From an uncultured virus (IMG/VR IMGVR_UViG_3300035698_026801) (lineage: Duplodnaviria; Heunggongvirae; Uroviricota; Caudoviricetes), in IMG/VR virus record IMGVR_UViG_3300035698_026801: a DNA stretch of 64,000 nt; one strand, written 5' to 3'. Made by a program: the position numbers and the translations under genes. The notes beneath the pieces are model-generated. The model searched no databases, was not told where the DNA came from, and saw nothing but the letters and a program-made list of their open reading frames with translations. Every line of letters begins with the position of its first letter. Positions within the stretch are counted from its first letter, which is position 1. Positions 10,921-21,508 of the stretch are shown here, in pieces.

Positions 10921-12191
10921 TTAAACCTCCTAACCATTACAGCAACTAAAGTTCCGCCCATCATTAACAATACAGCTCCGCCAACAACAGCCCAAACCCA
11001 AATTGGTATTTCATCATCAGATCCGCCCAATAACGCACTTAATTTTACTTTACATTCTTTTTCATTGGCGTATGTATTAGCAACACTCATAACCTCTATG
11101 GACTTACAGTTATATGTTTCGCCAGTCTTTTGAATAATCCAGCGAGTATCTACATCGCCGCCTGGAGGAACTAAATCCGAACAAGTTTCATCATATTCTG
11201 TTATTTCTTCCGTGTTACTTTCTATAATGCAAGTATCTTCATTTATAAAATAATTAGTAACGCGTATTCTCATTAATGAGTCTGCGCCTTCAAAACATCC
11301 AATAGCTTGAATCGTAGAATCAGGAATAACTAAATTATCACAGGGATCTATAGGATTTACTGGTAAAATTTCCACGGGGGGTTCTATAACTTCTTTTTCT
11401 TCACAGTCTCCCTCAGAATAATCTAAAGTCCATTTAGCCAAGTGACACATAAAGTGTTCGCAACATAAATTGGATCCGTAACCCATGTCCGTACATTTTT
11501 CATATTTAGTATTTGGTTGACATTCCAAATCTTCTTTTTCTTTACAATAAAATGAGTTACCAGTTTGAGTACATACTTCGCCATAAGAACATCTTGAATT
11601 CATTGTAAATCCACTTCTATCTGTTTTACAAATCTGAACTTCATTATTATAACATCTTTTTTCTTGTGATTGACACGCTGTTCCAACTGGTGCCGTATCT
11701 TTTGTTCCAGAAATTAAGAAATATCCTTCGCCCATTTTTTCGTAGTCTTTTGTACAAGATAAATCATCTTTGTAATATCCTTTAAAACAAAATTCATAAC
11801 CTGAAGAATGTGTGTTTACAACTGCGCTATATGACTTAAAATTATTTGATCCTGAAGTAAATTTAAATGTTGCGCCAGTAATTGTTTTTAATCCAAAATC
11901 TTGCGGAGAAAAAGTGCCTAGACAAGAATACATTTTACTGCTCGTATACGTTCCCTCACCCATATAAACTCTACATTTAGAGCTGTCTTCTTGAATTTTA
12001 ACATAATATTTACTTACATCTTTTCCTGCTGAAACAATGCCCATTTGTGTTGGTATAAAAAATTCAACAACTTTTGAAAAAAAACTGGGGTTTGAATCTG
12101 ATACTAAAGGTGTTGGTGGCGCATCTAATGCCACTACAGGTAATGTTAACATCATTAAAATAAAAAATAAGCCAACATATTTTGTGAACAT
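10917..12191 (-). CDS. Cys-rich surface protein with C-terminal anchor
   Basis: Signal peptide; PIWVW-TM-RRFK. Confidence 0.8.
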   Translation of the reverse strand: MFTKYVGLFFILMMLTLPVVALDAPPTPLVSDSNPSFFSKVVEFFIPTQMGIVSAGKDVSKYYVKIQEDSSKCRVYMGEGTYTSSKMYSCLGTFSPQDFGLKTITGATFKFTSGSNNFKSYSAVVNTHSSGYEFCFKGYYKDDLSCTKDYEKMGEGYFLISGTKDTAPVGTACQSQEKRCYNNEVQICKTDRSGFTMNSRCSYGEVCTQTGNSFYCKEKEDLECQPNTKYEKCTDMGYGSNLCCEHFMCHLAKWTLDYSEGDCEEKEVIEPPVEILPVNPIDPCDNLVIPDSTIQAIGCFEGADSLMRIRVTNYFINEDTCIIESNTEEITEYDETCSDLVPPGGDVDTRWIIQKTGETYNCKSIEVMSVANTYANEKECKVKLSALLGGSDDEIPIWVWAVVGGAVLLMMGGTLVAVMVRRFK

Positions 12192-12704
12192 TTAATCGTT
12201 ACCCCCCTTACCAACTAAAGTGGCTAATACGATTGTTAATACGAATGAAATTCCTTCAATTATCATTTCAGAAAAACTCTCTACTGCATCTCCTATTAGT
12301 GGAATTAAAGAAATAGAATTCATAAATAAGTCTAAAATAGATAAACCTGCTATAATCAATAATAAAATAATTGCTGTTAGTGTTTTTCCCATTTTGATTC
12401 TCTACTTTTTACAGACACAGCCAATTTTTTCTGTAACACAATTAGGGCATATAAACCAAATATTACAATCACTAAATCCTGGATTAACATTCATACAAAC
12501 CGTACCATCAATATTACCTTCCGGCATATTATCTAAACTATTAGCAACATAATAATCTTGATCGGTGTTATAACAAAACTTTCCTTCATCATTTTCTATA
12601 ATTACTTCTTTTGTTACTGGGAAAAACATAGATCCTACAATACCTCCAATTATTAAAGCTACTATTGAAATAACAATCAATATGTATGCTTTATTTTTCC
12701 CCAT
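12192..12704 (-). CDS. Two small membrane proteins (12402..12704 and 12192..12392)
   Basis: TM segments; both start MGK. Confidence 0.6.
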
Positions 12705-12917
12705 TTTAACCTCTTGGATGTGCTCTCATATACTTTATTGCAAAATCATACGCCTCTTGTTTTGTTTGAAATTGCTTTATTCCTTGCTCCCCATCAATAG
12801 CAACAAAAGGAAATTTATCCTCATAAAATTTAATAATTAATATTCTCTTCTTTTTAGAAATATAACTACTAAAAATAAATGATTGATCGTGTCTGGTCCA
12901 TCCTTTAATTTTTCCCA

Positions 12918-13121
12918 TTATTTAGGCCTCCGCGCAACAAAATCCTTGTAATCGTAACTTTTCACAAATTTAGATTTACAAACTTTACAATATTTTGGAA
13001 ACTTTGTTTTGTAAGGATCATCATAATTTCTAGGCCAATACCATTTCTTACAGTTTGAACAGTAAAACTGCCATCCTGATTTCCTTTTGCCATTTAGCCA
13101 TCTTTTTATTGTGTGTGACAT
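12918..13121 (-). CDS. Small zinc-ribbon protein
   Basis: CSNC...WPR...PKYCKVC. Confidence 0.65.
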   Translation of the reverse strand: MSHTIKRWLNGKRKSGWQFYCSNCKKWYWPRNYDDPYKTKFPKYCKVCKSKFVKSYDYKDFVARRPK

Positions 13122-13126
13122 GATTT

Positions 13127-13468
13127 TTACCCTTTAATCATTTTTGCGACTCCATAAAAGGTCTGTTTTCGTACCTTTTTGCCTTCTGAAGTACCATAAG
13201 TATCAATAATTCTCTGATATTGCTTTGGAGCGGATTCTTGAAGATTTAATCGGAACGGTTCAGTTTCATATGTTCCAGTATAATAAATTATGTCTCCGTT
13301 GTTTCTCATCCACATTTGATCATATAACTGAACTCTTTTTGGTAACTTTTTATTAGATTTAATATCTTTGGATCTAACTTCTTCCCACTCATTAATTTCC
13401 ATTAAAGGAATTTGTGTTGCAATTTTCCCTGTTTTTATATGTCTAAATTGTTTGCTTGTTATTACCAT
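13127..13468 (-). CDS. Hypothetical protein, first gene after duplicated promoter copy
   Basis: ORF track; starts inside the 74-bp repeat. Confidence 0.6.
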   Translation of the reverse strand: MVITSKQFRHIKTGKIATQIPLMEINEWEEVRSKDIKSNKKLPKRVQLYDQMWMRNNGDIIYYTGTYETEPFRLNLQESAPKQYQRIIDTYGTSEGKKVRKQTFYGVAKMIKG

Positions 13469-13535
13469 TTTTAACCTTAAAGCTAAATCGCTTTAGATAT
13501 ATTTACTTTTCTTTATTTATATAGTTTTGCTTTTT
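13462..13535 (-). promoter_or_regulatory. Archaeal promoter plus leader, copy 2 (identical to 22734-22807)
   Basis: Minus strand: AAAAAGCAAAACTATATAAATAAAG...CTAAAGCGATTTAGCTTTAAGGTTAAAAATGGTAA; purine-rich BRE-like tract plus TATA box. Confidence 0.8.
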
Positions 13536-13574
13536 AAGAAGAAAATCGAAGGTTATTCATTTAAAATTAAAGAA

Positions 13575-13859
13575 CTATTGTGCTGTAAGTACTCCACACC
13601 CATAAAATGAGGTTGAATAAGGTACAATTCCTTCTCCGGTGTGACTACAATCACAACGCAGAATACTTAGTTGTCCAGTAAAGGTTTCTAATATTTCGCC
13701 CCCAGAAGCCGGACAATTAATTCTAAATGAGGATCTAGTTTGTTCTATCTTTTGCTCAGGAATAAATTGAGACTCTAAAAACAAAGTTAGAGCTATTACG
13801 CTAGCTGTAAGTAAAACTAATGCAAGTATCCATACCACTGCTTTTCTATTTTTACCCAT
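13575..13859 (-). CDS. Small membrane-anchored protein
   Basis: N-terminal TM; 4 Cys. Confidence 0.6.
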   Translation of the reverse strand: MGKNRKAVVWILALVLLTASVIALTLFLESQFIPEQKIEQTRSSFRINCPASGGEILETFTGQLSILRCDCSHTGEGIVPYSTSFYGCGVLTAQ

Positions 13860-13873
13860 TTTATTATCTCCAC

Positions 13874-14164
13874 TTAATATCCAGTATATTTTTTAGCTAA
13901 TCTAGTTAATAACTTCTCAGTTCTAACTTCGTCTTTTGTAAGATCTATCATATATTGCTCAACTTTTGATTTTGACTTGTCGTTAAATACAGTCAAATGT
14001 TTTGCTTTATTATCAAATTTAGTATAATAAACCGCAACACACTTCCACGTAGTACTTCCTGGCGTAATTCTTAATTCTACAAATATATTTTTGCCGTATC
14101 TGTCTATTATAGAAGTATCATAACTCATATCTCCATATGCGTCTTTAACAAATTTCCATTTCAT
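13874..14164 (-). CDS. Hypothetical protein
   Basis: ORF coupled to neighbours. Confidence 0.6.
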   Translation of the reverse strand: MKWKFVKDAYGDMSYDTSIIDRYGKNIFVELRITPGSTTWKCVAVYYTKFDNKAKHLTVFNDKSKSKVEQYMIDLTKDEVRTEKLLTRLAKKYTGY

Positions 14165-15324
14165 TTTTAACCTCTTGGGTATTTTCTCATATAATCTATT
14201 GCGTAAACAATCGCTTGTTGTTTTGTTTTAAAACTTTTGAAACTAATTAATTTAGCTTTTTCAACGCTATAAAGTCTAACAAGGTACTCATTTTTATTTT
14301 TAATCTCAACCGCCAATTCTAATTTAGGATTTCCATCAACATACTCTTTAGAATGATACATCGCAATAATATTTTCATCAACATCCTCATAGGGATCCTG
14401 TTCTACTTTTGTCCATCCTATCCTTCCTTGATTTGAATAATCTTGCTTACTTTGCATTTGTGATTTAACTCGCCTGTTGTGAGCCCTTACACGCTTTCCG
14501 TTTCTTATGTGTGATCTAACTATTGTTTTTGGAATTTTTAACCTCTTGGATTTTTTTTCATAAAATGTACTGCTTCTTTTCTTGCTTCATCTTTAGTTGT
14601 AAATGTAGCATCGTCAGCATGTGGCTCTAACCTCAAAATCATTGCTGGATAGCCTATTTGTTGAATAATTATATTCCACATCTGCACACCGCTTCCGTGT
14701 GTTTTTAACATGTAACTACTTATTTTATCCTTTTTAATATACAAAAGTGTAGAATTATTTTTCCAGTGATCTTCTCTAATCTTTTCCCAACCTGTAATTT
14801 TTGGCATTTTTAATATCCTCTTGGATGCGTTCTCATCCATTCCACAGCAATTTTCACAGCCTCTTCTTTTGTAATAAGTTTGCCTCTAGTTGGCCAAGGT
14901 ATAATTTCTTCATCTCCACCAAAAGTATCAAAAGTCCAAATTCTCCATTGTTCCCCATCATAAACTACATTGATAAAATTTGACGATATATTATTTGTCC
15001 ATTTTATTTCTTTAAATTCATGATTTAATCCTGAAGTATTTTTTGTCCATCCTTTGATTTTTCCCATTTTTTAACCTCTTGGGTGTGATCTCATATATTT
15101 TATCGCATAATCAAAAGCTTTTGTTTTTGTTGAATGCCAACTACTATGACCAACACCCTCTACAACATAACCAAATTTAGCTGCCGAAGTAAATGCATGA
15201 TCAATTCTTATAGATTTATACTGAAATATATTTCCCCTATAATCATACCCTTCGGATATTCTTATAAAATCATGTCTCCACTCATTATCTCTCACTTTTG
15301 TCCATCCTTTAATTTTGCCCATGT

Positions 15325-15564
15325 CTACAACACCCTATAAACAATTTTATTTATTTTACGATCACTATTTATCTTTTGTATTACTTTCCCAGTTTTTTTA
15401 TCTACAAGCGTATTTCCCTTTACTTGCAAAACAACATCAGCAAAATGTAATTTCACTCCTTGTAAATCTTGAAGTAATTTTTTTCCATATGGAGATACTC
15501 TTTTATTGCTAATCTTTCCGTCTTTTCCCATAAAATACTTTGTTTTATTAACCATTTTAATCAT
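15325..15564 (-). CDS. Basic hypothetical protein
   Basis: ORF track; K-rich. Confidence 0.5.
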   Translation of the reverse strand: MIKMVNKTKYFMGKDGKISNKRVSPYGKKLLQDLQGVKLHFADVVLQVKGNTLVDKKTGKVIQKINSDRKINKIVYRVL

Positions 15565-15874
15565 AACTCCTTAAATTCCCGAACTTTTTGGGTTTATAAA
15601 CTGTGATCCCGTGTAATTCGCGATCAACTTCAGCAATTCCAGATTTTAAAGATTTTAATTCAGCTAATGAGAAATATCCCCACTCGCCACCTTCCATTAA
15701 AGGAGATTTAACATATCCGAAAAATGAATCTCGACCATCAAACTCTGCAACGTACCACGTCCAACCACCTATAAAAAATTTCATATAGATTTTTTTGTCT
15801 TTCAAAGGAATTTCTTCAGTTGAATACGGTTTTGGTATCATTGCTAGTTGTTTTGTAGTTGGTTCGTTCCACAT
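15557..15874 (-). CDS. DUF2958-like protein
   Basis: KFF..GWTWYVAEFD....FFGYV....EWGYFSLAEL....EVDR pattern typical of DUF2958. Confidence 0.7.
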   Translation of the reverse strand: MWNEPTTKQLAMIPKPYSTEEIPLKDKKIYMKFFIGGWTWYVAEFDGRDSFFGYVKSPLMEGGEWGYFSLAELKSLKSGIAEVDRELHGITVYKPKKFGNLRSYD

Positions 15875-15876
15875 TT

Positions 15877-16260
15877 TTATCCCTCATAGCATTTCTTACA
15901 TACTCCTCTATTGCGCCCTACTGTTGCATATATCACTCTTTTTTTATTACAAACTTCGCATATTGATTTAGGTTTTGTTATTCTATTTCTACTATGACTC
16001 CGAACCACTTTGCCTTTTCGTCTGTGTGCTTTTACTATTGTTATTTCCTTAGACGCGCCACGATTCATTTTTTTTCGCCATCTTAGATCCTCTCTGAATT
16101 CAGCTATACTTAAATATCTTTTATTAGTCTGAGAAGTATCTCCATCTTTCCAAACTATAATGCCCTTTGACCCGATGGTCCCATATCCAGTATTTACTTT
16201 ACTCCTTCTTTCAATAGTATATCTTACTCCGTCAATTATCAATATTTTTTTATTTCCCAT
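15877..16260 (-). CDS. Basic protein with internal VKAHRR module and C-terminal zinc ribbon
   Basis: TIVKAHRRKGKVVRSHSR; CEVC...CKKC. Confidence 0.7.
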   Translation of the reverse strand: MGNKKILIIDGVRYTIERRSKVNTGYGTIGSKGIIVWKDGDTSQTNKRYLSIAEFREDLRWRKKMNRGASKEITIVKAHRRKGKVVRSHSRNRITKPKSICEVCNKKRVIYATVGRNRGVCKKCYEG

Positions 16261-16328
16261 TATAATTCCTCCAATATTACAGGATCAACGCCCTGTTTCC
16301 AATCTGAAAGTAGTTCTAGTGGTGTCAT
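16260..16328 (-). CDS. 22-aa micro-ORF MTPLELLSDWKQGVDPVILEEL
   Basis: Manual translation; TAATG-coupled to the next gene; three more intact copies. Confidence 0.6.
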   Translation of the reverse strand: MTPLELLSDWKQGVDPVILEEL

Positions 16329-17442
16329 TTTTAACCTCTTGGGTGCTTCTTCATAAAATCAATAGCGTGTTTTGTGGCCTGACTTCTATGCCTAAATCTA
16401 TTAGTTGTGCTAGTCACAGCAACCCAATATTCGTCTTTCTCATAATAATATACGTTCACATAATGTAAACCGGCAGGAGTCCTATGAGCCCATTTCTGTT
16501 CATAATATGTATCCCGTCGTTTAGACCATCCTTTAATTTTTCCCATTTTATAATTCCTCCAATATTACAGGATCAACGCCCTGTTTCCAGTCTGAAAGTA
16601 GTTATTGTTTGTTTTTGTTTTTTTTGGCATTATTGTCCTTTAATTTTTATTTCTTAGTTATTTTGGTTGTACGATCTGAAGTTCTTTCAATATTCTCAGC
16701 TAGTGTTTGTGCATTTGATTTTAATCCATAGGTTCGTTCAACTAGCCAATCCCCATGTTCGCTCTTACTCCATACAGTATAAAAATAGGTTTCATCATCA
16801 GGCTTTTGTTCACGAACATATCTGCCATGGGGTCTAACATATCGTCCATTCCTGTAATGTCCCTTAACTGTTGTTTTTGCCATTTTTATGTCCTTCTTAT
16901 AGGTATTTTACTTGAGATTGTCTAAGTCCCATTTTCGACCCTTTATTTTTTCCTTCTGTAATTGTGACATTATATATTGGAATACTATATGTAGTAGTAT
17001 CAATATCCGTTAAAACCCCATTTCCGAATGAAGTTTTAACTTTCTTTTTGCTTTTAGTTGTTCTACCGTGTGATTTAACAACTTTTCCTTTTCTTTTATG
17101 TGCATGTACTATTGTTTTTAGCATTTTATCCTCTATTGCCTTCGTTTATTCATTAAACAATTTTTATGTCCAAATAAATCATGACACTCATGTCTTGTCC
17201 AACTTAATTTGCCATCTGGGCCACTATATTGTTTTTCTTCTATCTGATGATATATGCTATCTGCATTTTTCTTGCATACTTCACAGTTACCATACCTACT
17301 GCTTCCATATCCCGTGGGTGTTAATTTATATCTATATTTACCGGTCTTCTTCCATTCCTCTGAAGTTTTAGTTCTTCGGATATGAGCTTTTACGATCTTA
17401 CCATTTCGTCTATGTGCTTTGACTGTTGTCTTTGTTGCCATC

Positions 17443-17628
17443 TTATTGTAACTCCGCGACATGTTTAATCACGTCGACGATAACTATGATTGCGAGTAGC
17501 ACAAAAGCGTGCCATAATGGAACGTGTAAATGAGTTCCGAGTAAGTGGAATACGCCGACTATTGCGCCGGTCGTTATAAACCAACCGAGCCAGTGTTTCC
17601 AGTCTGAAAGTAGTTCTAGTGGTGTCAT
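17443..17628 (-). CDS. Small two-TM membrane protein whose N-terminus matches the micro-ORF
   Basis: MTPLELLSDWKH followed by two hydrophobic segments. Confidence 0.65.
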   Translation of the reverse strand: MTPLELLSDWKHWLGWFITTGAIVGVFHLLGTHLHVPLWHAFVLLAIIVIVDVIKHVAELQ

Positions 17629-17844
17629 TTTATTTCACAGTAACTTGTTTTGTTTGTCCCGAATATTTAGCAATTATCCGGCCGTTTTTAGTTAATACTT
17701 TATCTTCGTTGGGATACCATTGTGCTGCCTCACTTCTAAATCGTGCTAAAGACACATCAGTATTTTTAACTCGTGAAACATGACGTTTGTGCGTGCCCAC
17801 AATTTTACCGTTTCTTCTATGTGCTTTTACTATTGTTGTTGCCA

Positions 17845-17910
17845 TTATAATTCCTCCAATACAGGATCAACGCCCTGTTTCCAGTCTACGAGTATTTCTA
17901 GTGGGTTCAT
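17845..17910 (-). CDS. 21-aa micro-ORF MNPLEILVDWKQGVDPVLEEL
   Basis: Manual translation; in-frame 3-nt deletion relative to the 16260 copy. Confidence 0.6.
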   Translation of the reverse strand: MNPLEILVDWKQGVDPVLEEL

Positions 17911-18121
17911 TTTTAGCCTCTTTAAATTTTATTTCATTGGTTTTATTTTCCAGCCGCCATGTGATGCCAATTCAACCGCATCTGCTTTAGGTAAATTATT
18001 CAAAGTTTTATTCAGTTCCTTATTAGTAGCGGTATACTTTGTTTTATTATCCACCTGCCTTTTATGAGGTTTAACATACCGACCATTCCTATAATGTCCT
18101 TTAACTGTTGTTGTTGCCATT

Positions 18122-18532
18122 TTAAATCTCCACCAATATTACAGGATCAACGCCGCTGAACATGAAATCAAAGAATCGGCGATTTCGTGTTACTGTGCCT
18201 TCGTCTGCGATTTTGTATTCAAAAGTTTTCTGTGTGTTAATGAAGCCAAATAATTTAGCTTCGGATTTGTCGCTTGCAATCATGTCTCCGTCGCGAAGTT
18301 GGAATTGCAATTGGGTCATCGTTTCTAGTCTAGTACGCGATTGTGTTTGGATCTTTAACATTCGTGCTTCCATAACTTGCGTTTCTGCGTTACTATTAGT
18401 TTTCAAAAGTGCGTTGTTAAATCCGCCTGAGTTTGAAGTTGTTTCTGAGGGGGCCGCGAATACATAGTAAGAAATAGAACTGAATAAGAATAGTGCTATA
18501 ATAAATAGTGTTAGTGTTTTTGTTTTGTTCAT
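18122..18532 (-). CDS. Secreted protein, paralogue of 8461..8865; C-terminus GVDPVILVEI matches the micro-ORF
   Basis: Signal peptide; shared motifs. Confidence 0.7.
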   Translation of the reverse strand: MNKTKTLTLFIIALFLFSSISYYVFAAPSETTSNSGGFNNALLKTNSNAETQVMEARMLKIQTQSRTRLETMTQLQFQLRDGDMIASDKSEAKLFGFINTQKTFEYKIADEGTVTRNRRFFDFMFSGVDPVILVEI

Positions 18533-18933
18533 TTTAACCTCTATTTGGTATTGCGCGTTCAGCTCCGACCCTTGTCTTGTAGTCTCTAGCAGGTCTCATT
18601 TGACCCCAACTATATCCATCCCACATAAAAACTGTATAAATTGGATCTCCGCCAGTATTCATTTTAACAACTTTGTACTTTGTACTTCTGTATGTTTTAA
18701 CAGAAGAATTACTGTTAGTTCTTACTTTTATCGGCTTAGAAGCTGTTCCTCCGTCAGTATGAAATAGTCCCCTTTCAATTCCGTCGGAACCTTTAGAAAT
18801 ATACCTTTGTTGTTTCATTTCATCATAAGTTTTTTGTGAGATATAAGTAAATTTAGTAGAATTAACGCGTCTAGTATGAGCCTTTACGACTTTGCCTTTT
18901 CGTCTATGTGCTTTTACGGTTGTTTTTGCCATT

Positions 18934-18999
18934 TTATATTACCTCCAATACAGGATCAACGCCCTGTTTCCAGTCTACGAGTATTTCTAGTGGATTCAT
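18934..18999 (-). CDS. 21-aa micro-ORF MNPLEILVDWKQGVDPVLEVI
   Basis: Manual translation. Confidence 0.6.
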   Translation of the reverse strand: MNPLEILVDWKQGVDPVLEVI

Positions 19000-19318
19000 T
19001 TTTAGCCTCTTGGGTGTGCTTTCATCCAACTTATTATTTCTTTTTTTGCTTCTTTTTTTGAATAACCTGCAAAATCCAAAAGCCCATAGTTTTCACCAAC
19101 AGCGAACCCATACCCATCTCCCTTTGGACCACCTACATCATAAACATCATATTTTTGAGTATATGAATTGTATCTATAACCAACTTTTCTATGTGTATGA
19201 GTATGTTGCCAGGTATTTTCACTAATTTTCTTCCAGCCATTAAAATTATTAACTTTCCTAGTATGAGCTTTAACGACCTTACCATTTCTTCTATGTGCTT
19301 TTACAGTTGTTGTTGCCA

Positions 19319-19384
19319 TTACAATTCCTCCAATACAGGATCAACGCCATGTTTCCAGTCTGATAGTATTTCTAGGGGGGTCAT
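19319..19384 (-). CDS. 21-aa micro-ORF MTPLEILSDWKHGVDPVLEEL
   Basis: Manual translation; synonymous differences from other copies. Confidence 0.6.
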   Translation of the reverse strand: MTPLEILSDWKHGVDPVLEEL

Positions 19385-19630
19385 TTTACCCATTTGGATG
19401 CGACCTCATGTACTTTATTGCAAAACTCGTGGCTTCTTTTTTAGTATTAAACTCTTTATCAAGTAAAGCAGTTGTATCTTTATCCATAAGTTCTACACCA
19501 ATAAAATTGCGTTCCCACGCTCCTGTTGATTTTGTAAGGGTATGCACAAAAATAATTCTTCCAGCATTACTAATCCATCTTGATCCGACTTTATTTTCTC
19601 TAGTTTTTGTCCATCCTTTAATTTTACCCA

Positions 19631-19897
19631 TTAGAACGTCACCCTTGTTTCTTTATCATAAACCAAACCTTTATTGCTCTTCATCAAATCAAATAACTTT
19701 CTATGAATAACCAAATGTTCTTTTGCGAAAACATTACCTTCACTTCCGACAACCCACTTACCCTTATTATCATAAACATTTAATGATTTAACACTAGGAT
19801 AACCCAAATCAGTAAATAGGACTGTGCGAGTTCTAACCTTATACCCCAAACTATTAATTTGACTTCTAAACACCTTCAACTCTTTTATTTTACCCAT
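19631..19897 (-). CDS. Hypothetical protein with only the MGKIK N-terminus
   Basis: Start overlaps the HPNG* end of the upstream gene. Confidence 0.65.
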   Translation of the reverse strand: MGKIKELKVFRSQINSLGYKVRTRTVLFTDLGYPSVKSLNVYDNKGKWVVGSEGNVFAKEHLVIHRKLFDLMKSNKGLVYDKETRVTF

Positions 19898-21166
19898 TTG
19901 GATGCGACCTCATATATTTTATTGCTTTTTGTTTTGCGCCAGATTTTGTTTTATCTCTTGCGATAACTGATGATAAATTATAAATTACAGCCCAGTCTTT
20001 ATTGTTAGGAGGTAAATCAAATTTTCCAACAGTTATTTGTAATCCCTCCTTATGTCTCCAAGTATAATCATCTATCCAAGATAATTTTGTCCATCCTTTA
20101 ATTTTACCCATTTGGATTCTCCCTCATATAATTCATAGCCCCAAAATTTGCGGAATGTTTATTAGAAACAATTCCTTCTTTTACGCCTTCTCTGGTTTCC
20201 ATTATCAATTTGTAGGGTGAATTTGAGCCGCCAGAAAACCCGTAAGGATAATATAAAACTCTTTGCTTTGTTTTAGTATTTTGCCATTCATGCAAATCAT
20301 TTAAATGCCCACTACTTATTTTTTCCCAGCCTTTGATTTTACCCATTTGGATGCGACCTCATATATTTCATAGCAAGTTTCATTACTTCTTCTTTTGTTT
20401 TATGACCAGTATCAATCATATATGGAGTTGGACTATTAGTTGTTGAATTAACAGACCAATTCCAAGCATTATATGGAACTTTTTGACCTAATGTATAAAG
20501 AAGCCCACTCCAGACATTCACTTTTGAAGTTTTACTTCTCCATTCAATGGACTTACTTCCATCTGAAAATGTTTCTGATGTGTTTTTCCATCCTTTAATT
20601 TTTCCCATTTTTTAACCTCTTGGGTGTTCACGCATCCACTCTGCAACGTATCTTTTAGCAATCTGTTGAGTTCTAAATCCTCTTGTAGGTCCGAATAAAT
20701 TTTTCGGTGTTTTTAAATTTTTCCTTAAAATGTATGCGACTCCACCTCCACCCTCAACCGAATCAACCCAAACAATATCTCCAGTAATATCATTTTCCCA
20801 AACCGAACCATAAATACCTAGTGAAGTATATCTTGATTCATATTTCAGGGCCTTTGTCCATCCTTTGATTTTTCCCATTTTTTAACCTCTGTTATGCTTC
20901 CATATGCTTATAATAACTTAATGCGTTTTGATAAACTTGATTCTCAGTCAATCCTTGGTATCTAATTTTATCGTCCATTCTCATTACATACACTGGATCC
21001 ACATCTCCAGATTTAATATTATATTTAACTTGAGCTTTTCTCCACGCACGATCTACTCTTGGATCATTAGGATCTCTAATTACCCCAGAAAACTTTATTT
21101 CTCTAGTATGTTCTTTTACAATCTTACCGTTTCTTCTATGTGCTTTAACTATAATTTTTCCCATTT

Positions 21167-21508
21167 TTAAAAATCTCCTCTACATTCAGGACATAAAAAT
21201 TCTTCATACTGTGAAGAATATTTAACACCATCTTTTCGTTCACCACAATTTTCACATTTACCTAGTTTTTCTTTAGCTTTTCTATGACTAGATTTCACAG
21301 CTATAAAATTGGTTGTTCCGTGTTTTTTGATATAAGCAAGTTGATTATCAGATAATTTAAAATTTCCTTGAATTCTACTAACGTGATGATCACCCAAATC
21401 AACACCATCTAACTCATTAAATACATTAAATACATCTTTTTTCACATATGTAAAAGAATAATTTGGATTTTGTTTCATGCGATCAGTATATCTTATGAAT
21501 TTAACCAT
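21167..21508 (-). CDS. Hypothetical protein with C-terminal zinc ribbon
   Basis: VKSSHRK, then CENC...CPEC. Confidence 0.6.
   Translation of the reverse strand: MVKFIRYTDRMKQNPNYSFTYVKKDVFNVFNELDGVDLGDHHVSRIQGNFKLSDNQLAYIKKHGTTNFIAVKSSHRKAKEKLGKCENCGERKDGVKYSSQYEEFLCPECRGDF

Larger units (their letters stand above)
16647..21164 (-). repeat. Family of genes with N-terminal MA(T/K)TTVK(A/G)HxRxGxxVxxHxR module fused to unrelated C-termini
   Basis: 16647-16883, 16897-17124, 17133-17441, 17630-17845, 17929-18120, 18534-18932, 19002-19319, 20892-21164. Confidence 0.85.
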
